A model generated the notes under the pieces. It had not been told where the DNA came from. It was given only the letters and a program-made list of their open reading frames with translations, and did no database searches. Source: Candidatus Melainabacteria bacterium (GTDB taxonomy: Bacteria > Cyanobacteriota > Vampirovibrionia > 2-02-FULL-35-15). Taken from it: 64,000 bases of DNA. Every line of letters begins with the position of its first letter. Position 1 is the first letter of the stretch. Both the position numbers and the translations under genes were made by a program. Positions 38,404 to 53,400 of the stretch are shown here, in pieces. The stretch lies in assembly GCA_023250205.1 (NCBI GenBank), contig JAHFBE010000001.1, forward strand, positions 66,428 through 130,427, written 5' to 3'.

Positions 38404-41400
38404 ATGAATAGATTCAACAAAATAAAATTTGTTAAAGTTGTCCTCAGCCTTTTTGCTGTCTTCTTATTTAATTTGCCGACTCTGGCAGCATTCAATGTTA
38501 ATTACAATAATCTCTTCAAATTACCTGGTAATATAATCTCTGATTCACCAAGCATAGAGAATGCTCTCTCTGAATCTACGGATGAATCCCAAACACCTCA
38601 AGAACCTGAAGAATCAACTTCTATCGAAACTCCATCTCTCAGCTTACCTTCTATTCCAACTCAAACAATTAATCATAATCAAAAAATATTAGACTCCTTC
38701 TCCTGTAATCCATCTGATAAACCTAATTCAATCATCAACTTCACCAATAAATCTTTCAACGTTACGAACATAACTCCTTCTGCAATTAACACTGCTGATT
38801 TAAATAATGACAACTTCCTAGATTTAATTATTCTTGATTCTTCAAAAAAATATATTACTGTTGTTCTCGGTACTTCTGATGGAGCTTTTAACAATAATAG
38901 ATCAATAAACACTGATAACTCTCACAACAAGATTTATGTAAAAGATTTAAACAATGATAATTTATTAGATATCATCTTACTCAGTAAAGAAAACGACACT
39001 GTAACCATACTCCTCAATCAAGGTAACAATTCGTTCTCAGATGCGCTTCACTTTAATACTGGAACCAGTCCCACAGCTCTAACTGTTGGTGATTTCAATA
39101 ATAACGGTACTTCTGATATCTTAGTTATTAATAGTGGGGATTCTAAGGCTTCTCTAGTTTTAGATTTAAACAATCCGGTAAAAAGCATTGATTTAGATTC
39201 TGATTCAGCTCCTACCTCTCTCACTTCTCTTGATTTTAATAACGATGGCAATCTTGATCTTGCTGCTACATCAAATAACAACAACGTTACTTTGTTTACT
39301 GGCAATGGGGATGGTTCTTTTGCTAGTAGTAATGTTATTTCCCTTAACTCTAAACCTATTTCTATTTCTACCGCTGATTTAAATAACGATAGTGTCTTAG
39401 ATTTAATAGCTTCTGTTTCAAGTACAGACTCAAATAACATTGCAGTTTCTTTAGGTAAGAGTGATGGGACCTTCGGGAATGTTCACTACTTCCCTGTTGC
39501 TGGATTAGCTACTGATTTTACTTTTGCTAATCTCAACGGTGACTGTAATTTAGATATTATTACTGCTAATAATTCTGACAACTTCTCTATTCTTCGTGGA
39601 AATGGCAATGGTTCTTTTGCTCCTTCTATTGAATTTCCTCTTTCTTCCTCTTCGGTTAATAGGGGAGATCTTAATAAGGATGGATTAGATGATCTCGTTT
39701 TTATTACTTCAGATAGTAAAGTCCAACTATTAATTAATGGTAAATCTGATTCTGATTTAGCTACTTTAGAACCTACTTGTAAAGATGGCGATGCTTATTG
39801 TGGTGATGGTTTTGAACTAAATTGCATTGATAGCACTAATAGTATTGGTTGTGACCCTGACACTGGCAAACCTGGTTGTTATGATCTAAACCTCTCTACC
39901 TTCGATAAAACTCTTATAAATACACCTACTTGTATCCCTAAAGATAAATCTTCTTTCCTCACTCGTACTTTCATGGCTAACAAATCCACAATATCCCAGA
40001 AGTTTTCTTTCTCTGTATCTGATACTAATAGAGCTTATTGCCAGGATGGAATGACTCTTTGTGCTAACACTGCTCTCTCCCCTACATGTGAAGCTGGTGC
40101 TATTAGACTTTGCACTGCTACTAACAATGATTCTGAACCTATTTGTTTAAACTCTTCTAACAGAAGAGTTACTATTGCTCGATGTGGCAGTGTTTCTTCC
40201 TCTTCATTACCTACCTGTGTTGATAGTATGTCCATCTGTAATAATGGTGGTACTTTTAAATGCGATGAAACTTCTGACTTGAAACTCTGCCCTTCTACTA
40301 ATAATGATTCTGAACCTCTTTGTTTAAATTCTGCTCTCCACAGAATTAGAGCAGGACTTTGCTTCCTTCAAGCTTCTTCATCAAGCTCTTCTTCTGGTGG
40401 AAGCTCATCAAGCAGTGGAACACAGTGCACACCAACAATAACAATCAGAGCTGAAACTCTTCCTTCTGCAAGAAGAGGTACTTTAGCTGTCTGGAATCCA
40501 TCTACAAATAAAGCTTATATCTTTGGTGGAGGATATGTTAATAACTGGTTTACTGATATCGTCGAATATGACCCGGCTACTTCTATGGTTACTGTACGCC
40601 CAGAAGTCCTTCCACAAATATTAGCCTCAGGTAACTCAGCTGTCTGGAATCCTGTTACTAATAAAGCTTATATCTTTGGAGCAATTAATAGTGATACTAC
40701 TCTTTGTAGAATTATTGAATATGATCCAGCTACTTCTACCATTTCTTATCGCCCTGAAGCTCTTCCTTTAATATCCTCGACTTCTGCCGTTTGGAACACT
40801 GCTACTAATAAAGCTTATATATTCGGTGGAAATGGCAGCAATATAATCATTGAATATGACCCCGCTACTTCAATGGTTACTACTCGCCCTGAAACTCTTC
40901 CTGATTCAGTATCCTACAGTCAGACCTCTGCTGCCTGGAATCCTATTACTAATAAAGCTTATATCTTTGGCGGAAATGGATCTCCTGGATTTAGTAATAA
41001 AATTATTGAATACGATCCAGCTACTTCTATGGCTATTATAAAATCTGAAACTCTTTTTTCAGCCAGAGGCCTCACTTCTGCTGTTTGGAATTCAAATACA
41101 AATAAAATTTATATTTTTGGCGGAGTTAATAGTAGCACCCAATTAAATGAAATCATTGAATATGACCCAGCTACTTCTATGGTTACAACCAGACCTGAAA
41201 CTTTTCCTACCGGGAGACATTGGACTTCTGCCATTTTGAATCCTACTACTAATAAAGCTTATATCTTTGGGGGCAGCGATAATATGGTTGGCGAGATTAA
41301 TCAAATTGTTGAATATACTGCTTGTGCAGGTTCAACAACTAGCTCTTCAAGCAGCTCTTCATCAAGTTCCTCTTCTGGAAATATTCCTTGCTCAAGCGGA

Positions 41401-44400
41401 GCAAGCTGCTATTTGAATGGTGGCACTGGAACAAGTGGTCAACAGTGTCCATCAGCTAGCTTAGCAGTTTGTTCAGATGGCATGACTCCACAAGCAACAG
41501 GAGCTTCCTGCTATGTAAACGGCTGTATGGGTTCTTGCTATACTCTATGCCCTTCATCAAGCTCTTCTTCAACGACTTCTTCATCTAGCTCATCTTCATC
41601 AAGCTCTTCTTCAGGAGGTTTGCCACCACCACCGCCACAAGCCACAAGCAATGTTTGCATTCCTTCTTTCACAAATACAACCACACCAAATTCTATTGTC
41701 CCAGTCAGTTTCGCAGAATTCACATATAACAACGATTACGATTTAACTGGCGACAGCATTAACGATTTAATTCAGTCACAAAACACCACCAACACTTTTG
41801 GAAGAGTAAGCAACATATCAAAGTTATTTTATAGCTCTGACTACATCTTCTTTACTCCAGGGGATTTTAATAATGATAGTAAAACTGACATTGCTGTAAG
41901 TTATAGCGAAATTAACTTATCTCCTCAAAGCATGCTTTCAACATTCTTAGCTCCTACTTTCAATGAAACTTCAATGATTAATACTGTTGGGACCTTGCAA
42001 CTAACATCAGGAGACTACAACAAAGATGGTTACATAGATATTGCATTGTTAAAATATAATGGTATTTCAATAGTTCCAGGGACAGGAACTGGATTATTAA
42101 CTGGAGCCGAAGTTGCAATTCCTAACACTCCAAACAATGACAACAACTATGCTCCAGTAATCATCACCACAAACTTAAATAGCGACAATAAACCAGATCT
42201 AATTGTATTTTCAGATGGAGTGATTACAAGCTTAATTAACACTGGCAATAATTCTTTTAGCTTTAGCAAAACCCAATTCAATATTAACAATGAAGTTGAT
42301 ATTCCTCCTATAGTTAAAGACTTTAATGGTGACAACATTCCTGATATTGCACTGATATTACAGAGCTCAAGTTTCCAAAAATATCTTTCAATACTTAGAG
42401 GAAATGGCGATGGTACTTTTACTAAAATTATTGATTACTCAGTACTGTATGATCCAGGAGCCGGTGGATTAGGATCAATTACAACAGGTGATTTCAATTC
42501 TGACAATAAAGCAGATCTTTTAATTGCAAGTAAATATGATACTGCTACAGTTCTCACTGGTAACGGAGATTGTACATTTGCAAAAGCATTAGATTTTAAT
42601 ACTGGCGAAGTTAATACAACTATCGTTATTCAATCCACTGATTTCAACAGCGATGGAAAGCTTGACTTTATCATTCAAGATCAATATAAATCTAATTACT
42701 ATAAATTTACAAATAATAGTACCTGCATGACTGGCTCTTCTTCTAGTAGCTCTTCTTCTAGTAGCTCTTCTTCTAGTAGCTCTTCTTCTAGTAGCTCTTC
42801 TTCTAGTAGCTCTTCTTCTAGTAGCTCTTCTTCTAGTAGCTCTTCTTCTAGTAGCTCTTCTTCTAGTGGAAGCTCATCAAGCAGTGGAACACAGTGCACA
42901 TCATCAATATCAGTCAGACCTGAAACATTTCCATCAGGCTTTGGCACTTCTGCTATCTGGAATAGCACTAACAACAAAGCTTATACCTTTGGTGGACACA
43001 ATGGCGCTAACCAACTATCTACAATTATTGAATATGATAATTTTATGATAACTACACCAGCCGTTCTTCCAGTAGTAAGAAGCGATTCCTCAGCTGTCTA
43101 TGTCCCAAGTACAAATAAAGCTTATATCTTTGGTGGTTACAATTCACTAAATGCTACAAACAATCTCCTTAATTCAATTACTGAATATAATTTTGCTACT
43201 TCTGCAGCATCCACAAGACCTGAAGTCCTTCCTTCTGGAAGAAGCGGTACATGTGCTGTTTTAAACCCTACTACAAATAAGATATATATCTTTGGCGGAT
43301 ATATAATAAACAGCTCCAGTAATGTTATTGGGTTAAATCAAATACTTGAATATGATCCTATTACTTCCATGCTAGTTGTAAGACCTGAAACTCTTCCTGC
43401 TGGATTAAACAATGCTTCTGCTGTTTGGAATCCACTCACAAATAAAGCTTATATACTTGGTGGAACTGTATCTGGCGTAGGAGATTCAAATCAAATACTT
43501 GAATATGATCCTGCTATTTCTATGGTTACAGTAAGAACTGAAACTCTCCCTGCTTCAATGAATTATAGTTACACTTCGGCGGTTTGGAACAGTACTGCAA
43601 ACAAAGTTTATCTCTTTGCTGGACAAGGAAATGGATATTCAAACGAAGTCATTGAATACGATCCTGCCACTTCTACAGTCTCTACTAATAATGCAACTTT
43701 TCCTACTTCAAGAAGTTTTACTTCTGCTGTATGGAATCCAATTACAAACAAAGCTTATATCTTTGGTGGAGCAAACTCCATGGTCCTAAATGAAATTGTT
43801 GAGTTTAATCCTTGTAGTGGTTCTGCCTCATCAACTTCCTCAAGCTCATCAAGTAGTTCTTCTTCCTCAAGTGGTTCTGCACCATTACTACCAGTAGTAT
43901 CCAGTCTATCTCCAAACTCTGGCATGGCTGGGAATAGCATTAATATCAACGGAAGCAACTTCACTGGTGCTACTACCGTAAGATTCGGAAGTACAAATGC
44001 AAGCTTCCAGATTTCTTCTTCTCAACTAATTTCTACTACTATTCCTGCCGGCTCTGGAGCCGTAGATGTTTTAGTTACCACTTCTGCCGGCACCTCAGCA
44101 AATACAGCAAATGATAATTTTACTTACTTAACTTCTTCTAGCAGTTCATCATCAGGTGGAACAGTTAGCTGCAACGGTACAAGCATTAATGAGTTTACTA
44201 TTCCTACCGGAAACAGTCTGCCTAGATACATTAAAAAAGGACCAGATGGAAATCTTTGGTTTACTGAAACTATCGGAAATAAAATTGGAAGAATTACTCC
44301 TACTGGCAGCATTACAGAGTTTTCTGTTCCAAGCGGTCCATCTGGAATTACTAACGGACCTGATGGTAATCTTTGGTTTAACACTGCAAGCAGCATTGGA

Positions 44401-47400
44401 AAAATCTCTACTACTGGTACAGTAACTTCATATACCGTTCCTAATTCCAACAATAGTTTATACGACATTACTGATGGACCTGATGGTAATCTTTGGTTTG
44501 CTGAACAATTGGGAAATAAAATTAGGAAAATTACTACTGCTGGAATAATCACTGAATATTCTGTTCCCACTGCTAGCAGTGAACCTTCAGGCATTACTAA
44601 AGGACCTGATGGCAATCTTTGGTTTGTCGAACGCATGGGAAATAAAGTTGGAAAAATTACAACTGCTGGAGTAATCACTGAATATCTAATTCCAACTGCT
44701 ACTAGTAGGCCATTTCTTATTACTAACGGACCTGATGGCAATCTTTGGTTTGCAGAATCAAATGCAAATAAAATAGGAAAAATTACAACTGCTGGAGTAA
44801 TTACTGAATATACAGTTCCTACCTCTAATTGTGCTCCATTTGCTATTACTGCAGGACCGGATGGAAACATCTGGTTTACTGAAGAAACTGGAAATAAAAT
44901 TGGAAAAATTACTCCTTCAGGGATAATTACAGAATATCCAGTTCCTACACCAAGTGCAGATTTATTTGGCATTACCACTGGTCCAGATGGGAATATCTGG
45001 TTTACTGAATCAATTGGAAATAAGATTGGAAAAATCACTTGTTCGTCAAATTCATCAAGTAGCTCATCATCTGGTGGAAGCAGTGGTGGAAACGCTTGCT
45101 GTAGGAGCGGTTGTCAACTACATAACTTTGGTACTGCTGGTACTCAATGCAATGGAACACGAGAGCAAGCAAGTGGATCTTCTTTTAACTGCATTCTACC
45201 ATTATGTCCAGCCCCAGGCTGTGACTATGGATGCTGCTGCCCATCTACTTCTTCAAGCTCTTCTTCAAGTGGTTCAACAGGTATCTGCCAAGCAGGAAGA
45301 TACTCTAATACAGCTTTAAATTGGAATGATGCAAATTCTTTTTGTCAACAAGGTAATGGCAGTCTTCCTACTGCTTATGATTTCCCAATAAATGCTCCAA
45401 CTGGAAGATATTACTGGTCCAGTTCATGTTCTAGTAATTACTGTACTTTTGCATCTCCTGAAGGAAATTACGCTTCCTCAGCTCAAACAACCAGTAACCC
45501 TGGAAATATTTATGCATTTTGTTTATGCAACTCATCGGGCTCATTACCTTCAAGCAGTTCTTCTTCTGGTGGTGGAACACAGTGCACACCAACAGTAACA
45601 GTCAGACCAGAGACATTTCCATCAGGCTTTGCTACTTCTGCTATTTGGAATAGTACTAACAACAAAGCTTATACTTTTGGTGGACATAATGGTAATCAAC
45701 TATCTAGAATTATTGAATATGATAATTTTATGGTAGTAACTTTACCAGCAATCCTCCCTTCAATAAGAAGTGATACTTCAGCTGCCTATGTCCCAAGCAT
45801 AAATAAAGCCTATATCTTCGGTGGTTACAATTCACTAAATGCTACAAACAATCTTCTTAATTCAATTATTGAATATAATTTTGCAACTTCTATAGTAACA
45901 ACAAGATCTGAAGCTCTTCCTTCCGGAAGAAGTGGCACTTGTGCAGTTTTAAATCCTACTACTAATAAGATTTATATCTTTGGTGGATATAATGGAGATA
46001 CTCAGCTATCTCAAATACTTGAATACGATCCTATTACTTCCATGCTCATTGTAAGACCGGAGACTCTTCCTTATGGATTAAATAATGCTTCTGCTGTATG
46101 GAATCCAATTACAAACAAAGCTTATATTTTTGGTGGACTTGCATCTGATATAGGATATTCAAATCGAATACTTGAATACGATCCTGCTACTTCTATGGTA
46201 ACTGTAAGAACTGAAACTCTTCCTAGTGCAATAAGTTATACCTCGGCAGTCTGGAATAGTACTACTAACAAAGTTTATCTCTTTGCTGGACAGGACTCAA
46301 ATGAAATCTTAAATAAAATCATTGAATACGATCCTACGACTTCTATGGTAACTGTAAGAACTGAAACTTTCCCTACTGTAAGAGGTTTTACTTCTGCTAT
46401 TTGGAATCCTATTACAAACAAAGCTTATATTTTTGGTGGAACAAATAATTCCGGTATCTTATATCAAATTGTTGAGTTTAATCCTTGTAGTGGTTCTACC
46501 TCTTCAACTACTTCCAGCAGTTCTTCCTCTAGCAGTTCTTCCTCTAGCAGTTCTTCATCCTCTTCTTCAAGTGGACAACAAGCATGTACACCAGCTCAAT
46601 GGGCATCTAGCGCATCTGCAAATAATTCTTACTCATCCTATCCCGCTTCTAATATAATTGGTGCCCCTCAATGTACTGGTTGCAATATCTGCTCTTCTCC
46701 AGATCCAACTAGCTCTGTCTGGCTAAATGAAATTGCTAATCAGGCAGCTATTGTTGAAGTTACTTTTCCTTCCCCCGCTATTGCTGACTCCATTCTAATC
46801 AGAGAAGCTTATTATCCTGGCTTTGTTAAATCTATTACTCTTAAAGATCAAAATGATAACCAAATTGGAAATATTATAAATGTAAATGATACTTCTTCTT
46901 GCCCCGATAATTATAACCTCATTATTCCTTTTCCCAGAACTTCTGCTCTGGTAGCTAAAGTCCTAATTAATACTCTTCCACAATCTTCTTATTCAGTAAT
47001 TGATGCTGTTCAACTTCGCTGCTCTGGTGTAACTTCTTCCAGTAGCTCTTCTTCTTCAAGTTCATCAAGCAGCTCATCATCAAGCGGAAGTTGTACTGTT
47101 GGAATGATTACTGAATTTACTGTTCCAACTTCTAATAGCTCACCGTGGGATATCACCACTGGTCCAGATGGTAACCTCTGGTTCACAGAACAGCAAAGAA
47201 ATAAGATAGGTAAGATTACAACAAATGGTGCTATTACTGAGTTTGACATACCTGGCTCACCCTCTAATATAACAGCAGGAGCAGATGGCAATCTTTGGTT
47301 TACAGAAGGTTCTAGAAATAAAATTGGAAAAATTTTAATTGATGGTACTGTAACTGAATTTACTATTCCAATTGCCAGTGTTAATCCACATGGAATTACG

Positions 47401-50400
47401 CTGGGACCAGATGGAAATCTCTGGTTTACAGGACCAGGTTATGGAGCCGGAGGTGAAAAAAATATATTAGGAAGCATTACGACCAATGGAAATATTATTT
47501 TATTTACTACCCCTACTCTTAACAGTGGTCCATACAACATTACAAAAGGACCAGATGGAAATCTCTGGTTTACTGAATACTATGCTAACAAAATAGGCAA
47601 GATATCAACCGCTGGCATTATTACTGAATTCTCAATTCCAACACCTAATAGTTATCCACAGAATATTACTACAGGTCCAGACGGTAATTTATGGTTTACA
47701 GAAGTTGGCGGAGATAAAATAGGTAGAATTACCATTGGTGGCTCCATCAGTGAATTCACTATACCTACTGCTAATAGTGATCCAAATGGCATTACCAAAG
47801 GACCTGATGGAAACCTCTGGTTTACAGAACCCACTGCTAACAAAATAGCCTGGATTACAACAAATGGATCTTTTAACGAATTTTCTCTCCCAATATCTAG
47901 CAGTGCTCCATGGAAAATTACCACAGGACCAGATGGCAATCTCTGGTTTACAGAGTGGTATGGAAATAAAATTGGTAGGATTACAAGCTGTTCTTTAACT
48001 ACCACATCATCAAGCAGTTCATCATCAGGTTCAGGATGTAATTTAGCAGGAGCAGGAATAAGCTGCAGTGGGGCTCTAACTGTAGATAGTGCTCCTTCTT
48101 ATTGTAGTTTTATAGGAAATTATTGTAATCACAATTATTGGTGCTGTACCAGTTCTTCAAGCAGTTCTTCATCTGGCAGCACCAATTCTTGTTCTGATTC
48201 TGACGGTGGAAATAACAGAAATATACTTGGTACAGTTACTTACATGTTAAACGGTCAGTCAGGCAGTTCTACAGATTATTGTAATAATGGTACTAATACA
48301 AGCTGTAGTGGAACTAGTTGTACTCAAGTTGAATTCTTCTGCAGTGGGACGACTGTGGCTTCTTCTGTGACGGCATGTTCTAACTGTAATAATGGTATCT
48401 GTGTATCTTCTTCAAGCGGGTCCACACTACCAGCAGTTTCCAGTCTCTCTCCAAACTCTGGCATGTCAGGAAGCACTATTAACATTAATGGAAGTAATTT
48501 TACCGGTGCTACCACTGTAATGTTTGGAAGTACTAACGCAGGCTTTGTGCTCTCTTCTTCACAATTAATTTCTGCAACTGTCCCCGCCGGCTCTGGAACT
48601 GTAGATGTTTTAGTTACCACTTCTGCCGGAACCTCAGCAAATACAGCAAATGATAATTTTACTTACTTAACTTCTTCTAGCAGTTCATCATCTTCTTCTT
48701 CAAGCTCCTCTAGCGGAAGTGCAACTTGCTCTCCAAGCATAACAACTAAATCAGAAGTACTTCCATCTATAAGACGACTTACTTCTGCTGTATGGAATTC
48801 AAGCACTAATAAAGCTTATATTTTTGGTGGAGATAATGGTAGTAGTTCTGCAACCAACCAAATACTTGAATATAATCCAAGCACATCCGCAGTTTCTGCT
48901 AGACCTGAAACTCTTCCTACTGGAAGACAATACACCTCAGCAATATTTAACACCCTAACAAACAAAGCCTATATCTTTGGAGGAGCATCTACGGCGGGTT
49001 ATTTAAATGAAATACTTGAGTACGACTTGAACACCTTTATGATTGTTAATAAAGGAACTCTTCCTGCTGCAAGATTAGGTACCTCAGCAATTTGGAATCC
49101 TAACACTAATAAAGCCTATATCTTTGGTGGATTTGAAGAAACAGGTAGTTCAATAAGCCAAATCGTCGAATATAATTTAAATACCTTTACTACGAGCATA
49201 AGACCTGAAACATTGCCTTCAGCCAGAATGTACACTTCAGCAGTTTTTAACCCAAAAACAAATAAAGCTTATATCTTTGGTGGTTTCAGCAATAGTACAA
49301 GCATTAATGAAATCATTGAGTACGATCTGGCAACTTTTATGATTACTACAAAATCAGAAAGACTTCCACAAACAATTTATGGTTCTTCTGCAGTCTGGAA
49401 TTCCACAACAGATAAAGCTTATGTTGTTGGAGGTTTCAGTCAAACAGCCCCTGTCAATCAAATTTTTGAATATAATCCAACTGCAGGTACTGCTATTGGA
49501 AGGCAAGAGTTACTTCCACCAACACTACATTTTGCATCTGCTGTCTGGAATTCTTCAAACAATAAAGCTTATATTTTTGGAGGACAAAGCAACAATGTTT
49601 CCACAAATCAAATTCTTGAATTTAATCCTTGTATTTCAAGTTCCTCATCAGGACTTACTTGTACCACAAGTGCTAATTGTCCAATTGGTACTTGTACAAA
49701 TGGAATGACTTATCAAAGATATAATTGTACAAATGGACAGTGCATACAAATAAATTATGTAACAGATCCTTGCTCTTCATCAAGCAGTTCATCTTCTTCA
49801 GGAAATATTCTTTGTTCAAGTGGTGGAAGCTGCTATTTAAATGGTGGCACAGGTACAAGTGGACAACAATGTCCATCAGCAAGTTTGGCTTATTGTTCAA
49901 ACGGTACGACCCCTACACCAACAGGAGCTTCCTGCACTATAAGTGGCTGTATGGGTTCCTGTTATACTTCATGCCCTTCTAGCAGTTCATCTTCTTCGGG
50001 AATTAGTACTTGTACCACAAGTACTAATTGTCCACTTGGTACTTGTCCAAATGGAATGACTTATCAAAGATACAGTTGTATAAATGGACAGTGCATACAG
50101 GCAAATTACTTAGTAGATCCATGCTCCTCTTCCGGCTCTTCTGGCAGTAACACTTGCGTCTCTGGAACATTTAGTGATTTCAGTTACTCATCATTAGGAA
50201 ACTGGGATGGTGGTTCATATGACATTGTATATGGACCTGACGGTAATTTTTGGTTTACTGACATCTATAATAATCGAATAGGAAGAATGACACCTGCTGG
50301 AATCGTTGATTTCTTTACTGTTACAACTACTAATAGTCAGCCAAGGTACATAACTAGAGGCTCTGATGGCAATCTCTGGTTTACTGAAACCACTGCAAAC

Positions 50401-53400
50401 AAAATAGGAAGGATTACTCCAGCCGGTGTGATTACTGAATTTGCAGTTCCAACAAGTAACAGTGGGCTACGTGATATTACTGCTGGACCAGACTGTAATT
50501 TATGGTTCACCGAATTTAATACAGATAAAATTGGAAGAATTACACCTTCTGGAGCAATTTCTGAATTTATTATTCCTATAAGTAGAGGTCCATTAGAAAT
50601 TACTGCTGGTTCAGATGGAAATCTTTGGTTTACTGAAAATACCGGAAATAAAATAGGTAGGATTACTACAAATGGCATACTAACTGAATTTAGTACTCCT
50701 GCTGGTGCAACCGCTCCACCACAAGGCATTACCAAAGGACCAGATGGAAATATCTGGTTTACTGAAAATCCAGGATACTTTATAACTGGTCAGGGAAAGA
50801 TAGGAAGAATCACTCCATCTGGATCAATTTCTGAGTTTAATATTCCTCTGGCAAACATTACAGCACGACCACTTGGAATTGCCACAGGCACTGATGGAAA
50901 TTTATGGTTTGGCGAGGACAGCGGCAAGTTTGGAAAAGTTACTACAAACGGTACAGTAACCTTATTTAATGCTCCTGATTATAATGTAGGTATTACTTCT
51001 GATGCACCTAGTAGCATTGCCACCGGACCAAATGGAAATCTCTGGTTTACTATCTATGGGGCAAATAAGATAGGAAGATATAATTTATGTAATTCCCCAT
51101 CTCCTTCTTTAAGTAATGCTTGTACCCCAAGCAGTACTTCCACTAGCTCATCATCAGGTGGTTCTAATAACTGTGAAATTGAATTTGGAGATGAAAATAT
51201 TGTTAAATACAAAGTTCCAAATGGCAATCCTATAAACATTACAAAAGGTCCAGATTCAAATCTTTGGTTTACTGAAAATCCACTTTACTCTGCTACTAAC
51301 ATGACAGGAAAGATCGGTAAAATCAATGTTGTTGGTTCAATAACTGAGTATAGTACTTCAACACAAACCGCCACCTATAACATAAACAACGGACCTAATG
51401 GCTTCCTCTGGTTTCTATCATCTGCACTAAGTAGAGCAACCACAAATGGAAGCATTACTGAATTCACTAACAATAACTTGCAAGTTGCAACAATCACTGA
51501 TGGTCCTGATGGAAATTTATGGGCAATTGGTTATGATATCTCAGGTCAGTCCTCATACAACAAAATATATAAAGTAAGTCCAGCCACTGGAAATATAATA
51601 GCTGGATATGGTGGTACTACTGATTACAACATAAGATCCTACACTTCTATAACTAAAGGTGTTGACAACAATATATGGTTTACTGAGTATCACGAGTCAT
51701 ATAGTGCAGGTTCATATAATCCTGTTAAAAGATCCATAGTAGGAAAAATTACAACTGCTGGTGAAATTACAGAGTATGCAATTCCTACAGCCGACAGAAA
51801 TATAACTGGCATTTATGCAAGATCCGATGGAAGTCTCTGGTATATTCTGCCAGTAGAAAATAAAATTGGAAGATTTGCTACTAATGGTGTTGTAAATGAA
51901 TTTAATCTTCCTTCAGGTATTTATCAACCAAAAAAACTTACAACAGGACCAGATGGAAATATTTGGTACTCACGATATACTACAGTGGGTAAAATTACCC
52001 CCGATGGAATGATAACTGAATTCTCTCTTCCACAGGGGATGTATGCAACTGATCTTATTACTGGCTTTGATGGAAACTTATGGATTGTAGATAGTTCCGG
52101 TTATATTGCTAAAGTCATTTCCTGCTTTGGTAGCTCTATCTGTGTAGAGAGTTTCTCAAACTATTCTTATGGCTCTACAAACTTTGGATGGAGCATAGAT
52201 CCTAGTGTTGCAGGTTATAATCCAAGAGTAGTACAAATTACTAATTATTATGGGAACTCCGGAAATTCTATTGAACTTAGACCATCTACAACATATAATG
52301 ATCCCGCCGTTATAAGAAAAACAATTCCAGCAGTCAGATATGGTTCATTCAAATTTGACGCACTACCAAATCAAACAACTGGAAACCTTTGTTTAGTGCT
52401 TGGTTCTCAACCAGGAAGCGATAGTTCCTCAATTACAACATGCTTTAGAAATAATGGTCGCTTAGAATATTTATCAGGTTCATCATACCTCCCAATTGGT
52501 TCTACATACAGTGGAATCTATTCAAGCAACACCTGGTACAACATAGAAGTAAAATGGTTTAACGGTAATTTTGATTTTTATGTAAACGGTTCAAAACTAA
52601 ACCCTTCACCTCTTCCTTACTCAGGATTCCAGGATTATCCAATCAACAGTGTTGTTTTAAGAGCAGAAAATTCAGGAGCCTTCTATATAGATAATGTTGT
52701 TGATCCTTATTGTTTTGCTACTTCAACAACATCATCTTCCACATCATCAAGTTCGTCTTCAAGCTCATCATCAGGAGGATATTGTCCACAATGCCAATCT
52801 ACCTGCCCTACCAGCTGTCCTTCTGGAACTATAAATTGTAACGGTTCGTTCTTTTCAGATATTTGTGACTATCAGTCACGGTGGTGTGGATGCACACCAA
52901 GCTCTTCTACATCTACTTCAGGTACTCCTGTTCAGGGATTCTGTGATTCTTTAGGACAGCCTTATTGCAATGATAATATGTCAGTCCCTACCTGTCCTTC
53001 AGGACAGCCTTGTATTAGATGTCTTGGTGGTGGTGCTGCTGGATGTTTTGCAAGTATAACTAGTAGTTTTGCTGAAGAAATTATTTGTGCTCCATATGGC
53101 TCTACTGCTCCAATTTGCATGGCGACTTCTACTTCTTCTAGCAGTGGTGGTGGAGCTCAAGGATTTTGTGATGGTAATGGTCAACCATATTGTACTAATG
53201 GACAAGTACCAACGTGTCCTTATAACAAACCTTGTATTAAATGTCTAGCCAACGGTGCTGCTGATTGCTACGGTGATATTAATGATTATAACGGTGTTTC
53301 CATTACCTGTTCACCATCAGGCACTACCGCTCCAATTTGCATGGCGACTTCTACTTCTTCAACATCTTCTACAACAGGTGGTCAAGGTTTCTGTGATGGT

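Noticed and set aside
42736-42867. Perfect 15-bp tandem repeats: could they be a CRISPR array?
   Set aside because: Units are directly adjacent with no spacers and only 15 bp long. They are in-frame coding sequence for a poly-Ser linker. No cas genes are nearby.
44124-45038. 304-aa antisense ORF inside the giant gene. Other antisense ORFs lie at 47010..47291, 47652..48005, 50337..50735, 39048..39440 and 42699..42977.
   Set aside because: These lie antisense within a well-supported 15.4 kb ORF. Their open frames are explained by the repetitive, codon-biased sense sequence (revcomp of Gly/Pro/Ser-rich repeats). They have no RBS and no motif.
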